Source: Balanoglossus misakiensis
Lineage: Eukaryota > Animalia > Hemichordata
DNA length: 64,000 nucleotides
NCBI GenBank assembly: GCA_040954595.2
Contig: CM082597.2
Location: 1,346,886-1,410,885, forward strand
Direction: 5' to 3'
In this document: positions 14,901 through 27,328 of the stretch, one piece after another
Numbering within the stretch: the first letter of the stretch is position 1
How the letters are laid out: every line of letters begins with the position of its first letter
Position numbers and translations under genes: made by a program
The notes under the pieces: model-generated
The model's database searches: none
Seen by the model: only the letters and a program-made list of their open reading frames with translations
What the model was told of the DNA's origin: nothing

Positions 14901-17900
14901 CGACCTTATACATTGGTACAAATCAAGTGTATAGTCCATGGGGCTGGGGAGGAGGGGGGGGGGGGTTGAAATCACAGAGGGATCTGTTAAATCGAGGAGG
15001 AGCTGAATAAATATATGGCATGCAGCCAGCTGATTTGTAAGTGGGTATGGTATGATATGGTATGGTAAGGTATGGTAACTGAGGAGGGTGAATAATGCAG
15101 TAGTAATGGGGGTAATTATGGTAATTGACTGAAGGGTGACTAATGCATGCTGCCTGCTGATTTGTGATTGTTTTGGTATCTTAGGAGTGTCTGAATTTGC
15201 ACTTGACGAGAATGAAAAGAACAAAAGTAAGGATGATGAGGAAACACAGCCTTTGAAAGATAACGAAGAGGGTGCTGACACGAAAGGTAACCTCTCTCGA
15301 TTTTGACAGATTTCTCATCTGTGTACCAACAACAGATTTTGATATTTTGCTGGCTTCAGACTTCGTACCTCCTAGAAAAATCTTGGGATGTGAATCCTTG
15401 CCAGGAAAGGCTTGGAAAGATTTATCAATCCACTCTTGGAAAAGTCCTGGAATGTGTGTGAATCCTTGGCAGGAAAGTCTGAAGAAACTATGTTTAGCAT
15501 CTTGGCCCACTTTTACGAAAATCATAACAATTCTTTTCACATTTCTGCAGATATAAATTCCCTATACTTTTTTCGTTTTATCTTGCACAGTGAAAATATA
15601 GGCACATAATACTTCTTCTTACCGTATATAGAGTCTACTTACCATAACTTGTCTTACAGCACAGGAAATTTGTTTGAAGTTGGGGTGACTGCATGAACAA
15701 AGTTTGGCCTGGAAAGAAACAAGGCTTATTTAGCTTCTAGACCAAAATGTGTATAATAAAGATATGTTATAGTGAGCCCAGGCTAAGATGTAATACTATT
15801 ATCATAACACTAATTTCAAGTAAATGTACACATATCATGCACATCGCTAACCAATCAGTGGACACTCAATAAAATTGTCCAACATGTTGCCATAGTGACA
15901 GGTGTCATGACCTTGCATCTCCATGACAACAAGACTCTTTACCATGGCAATGACATGAACCAGAGAAGCAACAACAAGCAAGCATGATCAAATGATACTG
16001 CATGCATGTCCAACAAACACACATTTTCGATAATGATACTGTTTCTTCGTGGGGAACATGTGGTTGAAAAACACCCCTGTCCACCCCCATTTTCCTCAAA
16101 ATGGTTCTATCCAATGCGTGGAAAACAATGGGTTAAACTAAACCAAATAGTTGGTAAAGGTGTTCAAATTCTTATATGGTGGACAGCTTTTCTCTGAAGA
16201 AACGTTTGAAAAAGAAAACAGTCTTTGCAGTAATTTTCTTTCTATTTCAATGGCATGCTTGCTAAGCATGAAATCTTGTATTATTTCACTAATATTAAGA
16301 AAGACGATAATTTCTAAACAACTGGAATTTTAACTTTCTTTTTCCTGTACAGTGAAGAGCAGTAGTTGACAAAATGATTTAAATTTTGAATTCTTGCAAA
16401 ACACAAAGATGTACTATTTTCTTCTAAAGAGAGACTGATTTGGCTAAAACAAGTCCAGTTATCTGCAAACATTCTACCTGCACAATCAAGCAGAAGATTG
16501 AAAACATCTTACAAGCCCAAGTCTGTGACAAATTAGCTCCATGACATATCCTGTACAGCTTTTAATCCAAACCTTTGTCTGTCTTGTCCGTCCGTGTGTC
16601 GGTCTGCTCAGCATGTTAATGGTGTCCCTTTTTCCTTTTGGCTTTTGTTCACATAACTTCCTCTTGTTGTTGTTTCTTTTGTTTAACACAGACGAACCAG
16701 TGAATGCCCCTCGACCAGACGAACCACCCTTTATGATAAATGGATCATCTCCAGGTAAAATAATCAAAAAAGAGGTCATCACATACTAAACACCCGCTGT
16801 TTCTCACTGCCACTTTTCATATAGGTTGTTCCACTCTGGGGGGGGGGGGGGACTGCAGATGGTCTGAGGGGCAAATGTGCCAAATACAGACTAAATCTCG
16901 ACATTAAAATTACCCTGCTTTTAACTTAAAATGGTCATTATAATCATATCATTATCATTAATGGTTTTAAAGACGTTTAAAAGATACATCTCAAATGCCA
17001 GTAACCATGACAACATAAACTCACCCGGTGAACAAATGTCATTTCATTACGTGTCAGTAAACGTTCACATTTCACCTGTCACCTCTATATAAAGATGTCG
17101 ACGACTCTTGACCCCAGAGCCATGTTTATGAAAATTGTGCCACGAAATCCAACAAAACAGACATAACAAACTGTGAGACATTGAGACTGTCATCTCGCGC
17201 TATGCCTGAGATCTGGACAGATTTCTTTTTTAGATCAGCAAGAATCAACTCGCACAGTGTTGTATAAAGGGTTCACCTCACCGACTCTAGTCTTCTCGCC
17301 AAAGTTTTCAAAGTTACAGAGTAAATTTCACAGCTGCAAGTTTCTTCTCCTCAACATTTTCATCTTGTGTGTTCACTCTTACTCTGTTCGTCAGTCTTTA
17401 CCTATCCCGTTTTCTGTCCAGAAACCGTGGACAGAACAGACTTTAATCACGTCGTGTGTTTTTGTTCACTCTCCTATATCTGCACTTCTCTTTTCATTCT
17501 GAAAGCAAGTCATCATAACTGTCACTATTGCAGCTGGTCTGTTTTCTCTAGGGTTAGAGGTCAAAGTTCAGTACAAGAATGAAGAATATGGATCATGATG
17601 CAGAAGTAATAAAAATCTGACCGTTATTTCTTTTTTGTCTTTTTTCTGTTAACAGAGAAAGAGGCGCCGGAGGAGACCAAGATCGAGGATGAGCCGGAAG
17701 CGGAGAAATCACCCGCTGATGAGAAGGTAAGCGACGAAGCGAAAGAGCCCGAGACGGAACCAGCACAGGAATAGAAGGGGAGTTCAGAATAAAATAACTA
17801 AATAAAGGGGACCAAAGACATTGACAGAAGATTTGATGTAGCCGAATCCAACAAGATCTACCAACATGGGAAATACCATGTATGGGCATGGAGTTTGCCG

Positions 17901-19444
17901 TTTAAGACTGAGAGCTTTGTTGCCTGTCTTAGGAACTTTGACACCAAATCGGTCCGTTACCATTCACTTGAAGAGAAAAATACCATATTTGGAAGTTTTC
18001 ACTTGATTGCCCTTATAAGGAATTTTCTGACTCCAGCATTGCCATATTTGTCCGTTACCATTCACTTGAAGAGAAAAATACCATATTTGGAAGTTTTCAC
18101 TTTATTGCCCTTATAAGGAATTTTCTGACTCCAGCATTGCCATATTTGTCGAGAGCAATACCTTATTTGGTATGAGAGAATCACGTGACTACCAAAGACA
18201 GCGAGGCTTCACTTCTAAGTTGCAGAAATTTTTAACTTGATGAAAATTGTTATTCCTTGAATGTTGGCTTTTAACTAGTGTTAGTATGTTTTTTAAGTGT
18301 TTTTAGAGATCATGTTAACTTCATGCCCAGACAAAGGGTATCCATGTTATTTGCATGAAAAGTTTTTGTGATGTGCACAGATCAGTAGAATCCCAGCCCC
18401 CTCCACAATCGATTTTCAGAACCATCACAAACACATACAGTGCAAGTATTTAAAAATATATTTGAAAACTTATTATTTCTTGCAATTTTATTGGTAATAT
18501 GTCATGGTCTCCATTAGAGGTGATTGACCCAGGGTTGGGGTTGTGACCCGGGGTCAGGGGTCAATGACCTCTATGGCATAGCCTACTTCAGAATTTGTAT
18601 ATTTTGATTGATAGCTTTTGACGTAAACAGGGAAAAATCAACTAATATGTACAGTTTTCAACCAAAGGTAATGTCAAATTCCTACGCTGTAATGCACATT
18701 AACAATTTTACAACCTACCATTTCTAATCTTGCATCACGGGGCAATTTGTAGCATTGATGGAAGGCCAGAAGTTTTTGAAAGTTTTTTGGCTTCAGGCGA
18801 ATGTCCTGTATTCTGATTGGTCAGTGCAGCCAATCAGGGAGGGACTTTCTTGAGATGTGCTACAAGTTGCCCTGGCACAGTAACGGGAATGCTGATTGGT
18901 TCATTGCTTGCATGTAGACTACTAGCAGTGGTGTTAATTGGCTTGCAATTTTTTGTAGACTAGACGTAGGATGTAAAGCATTGGAGGAAACGTATGCCTT
19001 TCCCCGATGCCATAACTGCCAGCCTTGAGTGATCAATTTACTTGATACGAGATTCATCATTTTCTGACTGAAAACAATGGCTTACCATGTCTTGCCTCTC
19101 AAAACTAGTCCAGTTGTTGAGTAATAAAGCTAATTACTAGATCAAAACATGTTGCATGGCTGTACTGGCAAGTTTGACTTCCGAGAAATGCATTTCCGGG
19201 AAAGGCTGTGTTTGTTCCATCAGGAGTAGAAACAAAAAAAGATTCTTTTTCGTTGTGGACCGTGGGTTTGAATACTTTTTGTAATAAACAGGATCCGAGG
19301 GAAGGAGAGACTGTGGTGTATGCAGAACTTGATCACGCTAAAAGAAACGAAGATAAACCAGCCCCACCAAAACAACCCACTGAATATGCTACCATAGATT
19401 TTGCAAGGACTTCTCAGAGACCAGGCCAGCCAACCGACTTGTGA
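5985..19444 (+). CDS. Gene A: type I IgSF receptor, signal peptide + 7 Ig + FN3 + TM + ITIM/ITSM/PDZ-ligand tail (nephrin/sidestep/echinoid-like architecture), ~1000 aa, 16 coding exons
   Basis: Exons with GT-AG boundaries and consistent phases: 5985-6030 (MDVLKLFLLCLLPLA), 6172-6507 (V-type Ig), 9758-10051, 10208-10498, 10687-10956, 11050-11328, 11546-11833, 12003-12302 (Ig, C..W..C), 12676-12963 (FN3, WKAGFNGGSKQSF), 14225-14377 (TM, then RRRKSNTYNTQK), 14651-14666, 14824-14876, 15185-15286, 16692-16754, 17656-17726, 19292-19444. Total 3003 nt, open throughout. Confidence 0.88.
6172..6507 (+). CDS. Gene A N-terminal V-type Ig exon
   Basis: VFDCVFENVGEGFVSWYKG...GDFSLRIKQATYDDSMAWKC...VLTVL; phase 1-1 exon with cag/gtatgt boundaries. 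Confidence 0.9.
9758..12963 (+). CDS. Gene A cluster of six one-domain Ig exons plus the FN3 exon
   Basis: Seven phase 1-1 exons of 270-300 nt. Six encode a Cys-Trp-Cys Ig fold (e.g. AGDYVC, KGMYSC, AGQYKC, AGTYTC, YASYEC); the last is FN3. Confidence 0.92.
12549..12633 (+). mobile_element. ~85-bp MITE with CCCTTTCA...TGAAAGGG termini (piggyBac-like ends), copy 1
   Basis: Terminal inverted repeats with degenerate TTAA-like flanks (ctaa/tcaa); homologous copies at ~31299-31371 and 35874-35961. Confidence 0.65.
14225..14377 (+). CDS. Gene A transmembrane exon
   Basis: VIIVVVIIILLLIIVIIVVVIIVL followed by basic RRRK; cag/gtatgt boundaries. Confidence 0.92.
17952..18150. repeat. 98-bp direct tandem duplication (2 copies, 1 mismatch)
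   Basis: tccgttaccattcacttgaagagaaaaatacc...gcattgccatatttg starts at both 17953 and 18051. Confidence 0.92.
19292..19444 (+). CDS. Gene A terminal exon with ITIM (VVYAEL), ITSM (TEYATI) and class I PDZ ligand (TDL*)
   Basis: Phase-0 acceptor aaacag at 19291; reads DPREGETVVYAELDHAKRNEDKPAPPKQPTEYATIDFARTSQRPGQPTDL*. Confidence 0.88.
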   Translation, partial: DPREGETVVYAELDHAKRNEDKPAPPKQPTEYATIDFARTSQRPGQPTDL

Positions 19445-22400
19445 ACAGGTTGGCCTTTGCCCGGTAAACGGGTGGCTTTGGCCGGCCAACCAGTCTGTGT
19501 CGTTTGGTTTACCAGTCGAGTCGGCCAGTACGTAAACCGTTGATTTTATTATTATTTTTTATATCTTTAGACCAAGCACATCACACATTCTGCACTGTAA
19601 ACATTTACATAAGCATAGCCATTTTAAAGTCATTTAGGCACTTATAATTTTCTTTTTTCTTGTTGTATGTAGTTTGTACATGCCTTGAAAATATTTCTTT
19701 TAGAGCAGTCAGCCGGCTAAGTGAACTACTTGCAAGATGAAAACCTCTGTAAATAAACAAAAATTTCAATTTTATGTCTTATTTACAAGAAAGGTTTTGA
19801 GCTCGTCTTAAGATGCTAAATGCTGTTGCTTGAAAGAAAAAAAAACTGGCTTCAAACATATCTAACTGACTGACAATGTTTCACATTTTCTTGTATGCTC
19901 TGAATACTCAACTTAAACCTTTAGAACACTGACCACCTCACAACCACACTTTTCCTGTGTTTCAACTTTCAAAAACGGGGAATGTCCTGTTTCGACAAAC
20001 ACACAACCTTGATGTTTCTAGAAAACGTTTGACGCGCTGGTCTCTATCAAATCTTTGCAAAATCTAGCATTGCACCAATCACCATTTTTCTTTCTCACAA
20101 TGAAAGTTAAATGTGTTATCTGCAAGCTGATAGGACAAGCTCACATGGGCAAATCCATGTACAGTGGAGGGGTGTAGAGGCTAAAAAGAGGGATGCCTAT
20201 TAAGTCCCTGTGGCGCATACTGAAATATTTTTTCGATCGTTGTATTTTGTATATATTGATTGTTTAGTCTGTAGTAGTTTTGTACAAGTTGAAATGGATT
20301 GTGGCATGTTTAATACAAAAAAATATGCACTTTATTTTAGGTGTACTGTTTCAGATCTCTGTGAGTTAAGTAGGGATTCTTCGCACTTGATTTTTAGGAG
20401 CCCGTTATGAAATTCGTTCAAAACCCTTTTTAAAAAATCTCATGTTGAGATTTGAGATTTTAGTGAAAGAGAAATAAAATTGAGAACACAATTTGTGAGT
20501 TTTACAAGAGCTTAAATAGCTTGTTAGTTTATCAATTGTGACAAATGACCCATGAGGTGTAGTTAGTTAAGGGTGTGTGAAATTTAGCTGTAGACAAAAC
20601 AATCTTTAAAACTGTGTCCTTATCTATGTTGATATTGGAATTTGTATCGTCACTGTATAGCCTTATCTGTAGAAGTTTAAATTTCAATGATTCTTGATGA
20701 AACATGTTTTATTACCAAATAAAAAATTTTAATAGTTAAGTCTGTCTTTTTTTGTTCCGTTGGAAGAAATCATTTGCACCATTGCATCATGGGTATATTT
20801 TAGACGGAGGGGACACCCAGTACATGTAATGACTTCTTAAGTTGTTGCTTTCAATCCAAAAATATTTCATTTGATAATATGTTCATGTAACAGCAAAATG
20901 ATTTGATGAACCCCCCTTTTGTGGAATAGTATAGCCCAATCGAGATCAGAATCTGTAAAACACAGGGGTTGGAATATCTTAGTTTCAAGGAAACATTGTA
21001 GACATATCTTGTGAATTCACCCTCCATATCTGCCTCCTCCCACCCTGTGTATCATCATTCACATCAAGTAGTATAGTCTTGTAATGCAAACTGAAGATGT
21101 TCCATTATAGGTATAGGGGTGGACGAGACATCTTGATGTGCTGACCTTGTTAAGTTTTCCAATTCTATGCTTGTTAGCTGTGATCAAGAATTTTAAGGGA
21201 TTATTGAATGTTTTAACAAAGAAAAATAAATTTTGAATATTGCTTGGACTAGGTTATGAATTTTCTGTCGTATTTTTTCTTTTATATCGGTATGATGTTA
21301 AGCCAGCCAAACTTTTTAAACGACTACAACATGCGTTTTTGAAAATTCAGTAAAAGATCATTTCTTGTTGGCCATCCCCACATCTACCAAGTGGAATGGC
21401 CTTGTTCGTAGCTTGTTCAGGACTGTTCCATTTGCTAGATAATGGGGGTGGTTGTACTGACAAGAACCTTAAGATTCAAGGTTTGGTTTGGCTTGGCTAG
21501 AGCATTGCACATCACTTGAAACAATAAATCATTTTCATATTGTTTTGTATATTTTAAAAGCCTAACCTCTGATTGCAATGTAACATACTTTGAGACCTAT
21601 TTTACTTTTCATGACATCTTTTGAGGAAATATGAAAAATTTCACTGCCACATCACTCGTTTGCTTGTGCAGTTTCACCCCCCCCCCCCCCTTTTTTGCAA
21701 ATACTTCAAATCTTGACGCTGTCTGCTGTACTCAAGTGAGGTGACAGAAGTACCCAAACTTTGTTCCTTTGAAAGTGTTAAGTTCTCAATGCAATCATTT
21801 TTGTCTCGAAGGTTTTTCTCAATTGTGTTATGCAGCTTTTAAATGAAATTGCTGGTCTCTTTTTTTAATAATTTGAAATCTTCCAACTTTTTTTATGCTT
21901 AAAATTTCTTCAGTGTGGCCAACAAAACAGGGACAGTTTGAAGAAGGGAATGAATTGGAAACTAATTGAAACTCGAAACCTTTTCAGAATTTTGAATTCT
22001 GTTATTTAATTATGGTATTTGCAGATACTTTTTTCAGTCTGTTTTCCATTTAAAATGTTTGCTTTTATTAGTGGGAGCTGTTGGTGATTTTTATAAATGG
22101 TTTTGAAATGGATGATACTGGTCGTATTTGTACAATTCTCTATTTTTGTAGTGTGCGTTCTTTCTTCTAGCTGTTTGCATCATGGAACTGACTGTGTCAG
22201 TGCTCTAGTGTTCTGAGATATTGTGTCAATTTAATGTTTTCTGGTGATTGGGCTGTATAATAGGAGAGAAAAAAAAATGGTTATCAGAATTTGAAAATTA
22301 AAATAAGCGAAAACAAGTGCATTTTCAGGGCTACCCGTTGGTGGCGCCATCATGTTTGTCACATCCGTAGTTAAAACATCAGACTTTCTAAGTTATCATG

Positions 22401-23130
22401 TCTGAGATGTACAAAGGTATGTTATAGCATGTTTACATTCATATCAGATTGAGAGCAAGCAGGTTAGGGAGGTGGGGATGGATTTTTAACCTGTTTATCA
22501 CCAAACTTTGGATCCTTCCCATTGTTTTCAGTGGTGGTGGGTTAGTTCATGTACAGGAAAAGGGGTGAGGAGGGTTATGACACCTCGCACATCATTCACA
22601 GGACTTTGGAGTCAGTGTGGTATTCACTTTAAGGCAAGCTTTACTAAAAGAAATTGGCTGGAAGTTAGTAAAACTCTCGGTACCCCCTTTTCTGGGCATA
22701 CAACCTCCACCCTTAAAACAAAATCTTGAACACCACCCTTGTAACTGCTGTGGCTTTTCATGTTAATGTTTAATGTACTTAGAATCTGTAGCATTAAAAT
22801 TTGAACAATTCTAGGTGTGACTTCAAAACCTTTTGAAAAAAAAAATAATAAATTGTAGTTTAAGGTCATAGGTATTAGATAATGGAAACTGCGTATGGTA
22901 AATACAATGTTAATGAGTATTGTTTGCAAAAGTGTCAACAATTGTCAGGTTTGTACGGGTCTGCTCTCTCAGGAGCACCCTCTGGAGGCTTAATTTGATA
23001 TTGATTGACCAGGTCACATACAATATTGATCAGTAATCGATTAAAAGTCATGTTTTTTCAATCGATCCATATCTTGTCTTTTTTCCTTTCAGTGATTCGT
23101 TGTATCAGTCTGATCATATACTCAGGATAA

Positions 23131-23136
23131 AATAAA
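23131..23136 (+). terminator. Candidate distal poly(A) signal of gene A
   Basis: AATAAA at the end of a ~3.7-kb T-rich 3'UTR-like tract, followed by GT-rich sequence. Confidence 0.45.
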
Positions 23137-23295
23137 GTTGAATTTACTAACAAATGTATGGATGTGTTAGTTGATGTTAACCAAATATGTCTTTGTGTGT
23201 GTGCGTGCAGCTGGGCCCATGTCATCGACAATCACTTCTTTGTTGGGAACTGTGGCAACAGAGAACATGGAACACAAAATATATTTTCTCATGAA

Positions 23296-23301
23296 TTTAT
23301 T
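23296..23301 (-). terminator. Candidate distal poly(A) signal of gene B
   Basis: TTTATT on + (AATAAA on -) where base skew flips from T-rich to A-rich. Confidence 0.4.
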
Positions 23302-24239
23302 TAAATTCACTGATCATTTAAAAAATACATAAAAGTCATGATTTGGCTATGTATAGTTAACATAGGTTCTCAATGAACTTAAAATCTTCATGACAGTTGA
23401 AATACAGGATAACTAAACTACTTGAAAGAATGAATGACTAGATTATACATAGTTGTGCTTTTCCTGTCCAAACTGTATGTATTCACTCTGGTCTGCGGTG
23501 TACACAAATAATTTGAAAGTTTCTCATTGCATGGGATGTTACTGAATATTTACACACCCTTGTTTGATATAAATTTTCTAGAAATATTTCATGTTTATAA
23601 TACAGTTATCAAATGATGTGTATTCCTTCTTGGAATTTGAATTATCAGAGAGGAAATACATTGTACGTAATCTCTTTTTACTGGCATCAATTGAACAATT
23701 TCTGGGAATGATTAATTAGAAAATATGTTTAATATGTTTTAATCTTGGACAGGTTTATCCATCCCAGTGGATAATGCATGCTTTATAAAATCTGAATATT
23801 TAGGTCTGTTGCTATGACAACACATTGTCATGACACAAGAATTCTGTTGAAAATGAGTGGTGAGTTTTATCTATTCTACAAAACATACTATGAGATAATA
23901 CTACAAAGTATGCAGAACTACACTCTAAAGAAACTTGCAAAAACTGTTCTAAAACACCTGGAAAAATATAGTAAGTTTAGAACTTCTTTTCATACAATCC
24001 TACATACATTGTAAGACAGAATTAGGAGTAAAAAAAGAAAATTGCTTACAAGAAAAGCCAAATATACAGAAAAATCTAATACATGAACATTTGAATCATC
24101 ACAAAATTACATCAATATTTACAGATATTTCATTGTAAAATTCTCAAACAAGGCATTCTTGCAGATATTTTCTTTAAAATATCACTAATACCCTCCCAAA
24201 AATATTTTTTTTTAGTGGTTTTATGCTGAAAATCCGACG

Positions 24240-25380
24240 GGTGTACACCAATGCACTTGTTAATTGCAGGCTATGCAAAAAACAAAAGTGTCCTGTATTT
24301 TGTTGGTAGAGGGCGCGATCAAATATGTTCATTTGCATAAACATGGCGGCCGTGTACATTGCAATTGTCGTCTGCTGTACAGAGGTTTGCAGGTGAGTAA
24401 TTTCGTTCCTGTACGATACTGAGAAACAAGTGTAATGTCCCGTTTTGCATGGAACGCTGGATGTGCGCAGCGACTATGGACGAACAGAGGATTTTACGAA
24501 GACAGTCGCCTGAAAACTATTCTCGGCTATTTTCTAGGTCGACAGTGTGGGCGTGGCACATGGACGTACTATAGTATACATGTAGTCAACTTGTCCCAAT
24601 ATTTCTCGCTGTAACAAGTACAAACGCTACTTGACTATAGCAAACGAGCGACCAGGCAGACAACGGCTCATGTTTTCTGAGACCAGTAGCCAGAGAGAAT
24701 ACAGCGAACAGGAGAACGGACAAAACTACAGGAATTATTGCCAGACGAAGAAATGAACATGCCTGTGTACATTTCACAACTCTGTTGGATTGGAAAGAAG
24801 TTGCTGATTCTTGGGAACTCAACACCAAGTCAAGTGAAAATGGTACGTGTATTTTTCACATTTATTCTGTCAGAAACTTTTTGTATATTGAAAGGAAAAC
24901 TGCAAATGTTTTAGTCTTGTGCGACAATATTTAGTCGCGTAAATATCCCGGATAAAATAAACGTCTAGACACAACGGCTGCGGTTAAGTGGATTTGAACA
25001 GGTGAGTGCTGATTGGAATTTGAATATATGTACATATGAAAGGGGCGGGGTGCATTGGTGTTGGTCTAAGTTTAGAACTGTACTCTTAGACCAGAAAGAG
25101 TTTCATTGCAGGTGCATGTTGTAAGTTGGTTTCTATAAAGTTGAGCTATGTTATTTTTTAAAAGGAATTAGTTTTAGTTCTGGAACTTCCATATAAAATT
25201 GACGTTGTCTGTTTTTGTATAGTTGAACATAATTTAGCCTGTACATGCGCCCTCTTGAGTACGCCCACAACGATTACTGCTACTGTCTTTGGAACTAGGA
25301 ATCGGTCATTATTGACTATAGAGGCCGCACTTTATGCAACACCCCGTATTACGCGTGCATTGTGCGCCTGTACACTGGAA
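24240..25380. mobile_element. Probable degenerate non-autonomous DNA transposon in the region downstream of the gene B stop
   Basis: CpG-richer island with inverted sub-terminal motifs (agagggcgc ~24308 / gcgccctct ~25247) and imperfect inverted ends (gtgtacaccaatgcac.. / ..gtgcattgtgcgcctgtacac); no intact ORF. Boundaries approximate. Confidence 0.4.
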
Positions 25381-27214
25381 ATCAATTTCTATAAGGTCAA
25401 GTTGATTGCCTGTATATGGCTAATTGACATTTTGTAATGACTGCGAAGCAAGCAAAGTTAACACAAAATTAAATTTGGGGTACCTCTGAGGTCACAAACT
25501 GCAGTAAAAAGGGGGATAAATATACAACAACACACATTAAGTGCAAGGTTACATTAGCTGCTCCAAAAATTTACTACTGCTTCAGTTATTTTAGTCAACA
25601 GTATAGTAACGCCAATTATTAACAATAGGGTAATTTTAGAAACAAAATAACAAATCTAAATATAAGCTACATTAATTATAACCAATGTACATCAGTATCA
25701 CTAAGGCTGTGACATGTCAAGAATTTCAGTGGGATTTCTTCTGTACAATCAATCAATAGATTGAACTTTCTGAGACTGATTGTCACACACAAAATGACTG
25801 TATCTCAACTAAAATAATCTACTGATTGTACAAGTTACATGCATGATTGCCTTGAATAATATATAACTCGTCAATTGACAACAATTGTGTTGGTGTGGAC
25901 ATTTTCATAAAACTGTTTACCAACATTCTATGAAATGAGTTTTTAAACCTGGCCTAATAACATATCACACAGCATTATAAAAAAATTACACTTCCTGTAG
26001 TGTCTCCCTTTAAAATTTGAATATAGTTCTTGAGAAAATTTCCCTACATAAAAAAATTCTGATAATTAAACATCATGAAAAAAATACTGGAATGCATTTG
26101 CCAAGACATCCCTAAAACTTAGATTGAGCTCACCCTTTACAATGATGATGGGCATATTCCATTAACCACTGAGGGAGGACAGCAACAAAAATTATTGGTA
26201 CATTGAATGAAATTGTTGGTAAGGCAATTTGCCAAAGCAAAACAAAACAAAACAAAAAAGTAAATCACAAGTTCTGATTGCTTACTGGCAGTGAATTAAG
26301 CTTACAGATTTATTTTTTATGTGCATTTTTTTGTCGGCAAATATTTTTTGTAGCAGGTTAATGAACATAAAATAAAAGTACTTGCAAAGAACATCAATTT
26401 TAAAAGATTAAATTTCCACATGTTGGGGTTTACTTACTTCGAAAATATGTACATTTAATGCTGTACATCAGTTATCTTCTCGTATTAATTTTCATTGTCA
26501 TTTTAAAAAATAACAAAATAAAAGAAAAAAGAACTCTTGATATTGTACATACATGTTTGGCACCGGTTCCAGAAAATACACTCTGTGGTCAAAGGTCACG
26601 GTGTCTGGTTCAATCAACCAATCATCATGCTGCACTCTCAACATGGCTGCCTTGGGTCAGAGGTCACATCTCTGCGGCTGTTTTGCAGCATTGCACAGCT
26701 TTTCTTTCACGGTTTATCTTCCTTCATCCATGAACATCATAGTCATTGATTCATTAAAATATATAACTAATTTTATCAATTTCCTAACATTAAAACTGTG
26801 ACAATTTTCATATTTTGTTAAAAGTACTACTGCCTAAAATTAACATGACTAAAACATTTCACATCCTTTTCATAAAATTGGTAACTATAAAATGGAATAC
26901 TTGTATTGTCAGTGCACTACAAATGACTGATTAGCACTGTTATTTAACTTTTCATCCCTTCGTTTATAGTTTGGTCCTCCTAAATAAATGGTATTGGATG
27001 CTACCATTTTATTTTTGTGGGGATTGACGTATGCTCACATATTATTTTTTCATAATATAAAATGCCACCCCTATTTCTGGAATACCGAATAGATTCACCA
27101 GGCCTTAATTACCACCATTACAGTGTGTGTGGTTTGACCTTTGTTGGTAGAATACTGGGATGCAAGGATTTACTTATTCTGATTGTAGGGGTGGGAAGGG
27201 TCTCATATCAGGGG

Positions 27215-27328
27215 TTAAACTATCGTGGGTGTAATAGTGGTATACTCTGTACGATCTTGTTGCGGTGGTTGGTAGTCGCGGTTGGGTTCTCTCAGATCCA
27301 GATCAGCGTAGTGGAGTTGAGGCGATTG
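27215..27328 (-). CDS. Gene B terminal exon with ITIM (LHYADL), ITSM (TEYTTI) and PDZ ligand (TIV*)
   Basis: Strong acceptor (tttgtttgtttgttacag on -); reads QSPQLHYADLDLREPNRDYQPPQQDRTEYTTITPTIV*. Not represented in the ORF track. Confidence 0.85.
   Translation of the reverse strand, partial: QSPQLHYADLDLREPNRDYQPPQQDRTEYTTITPTIV

Noticed and set aside
5985-19444. Naming gene A as nephrin (NPHS1), KIRREL or PD-1
   Set aside because: Domain count and tail differ from each, and shared short motifs do not establish orthology, so no gene symbol was given.
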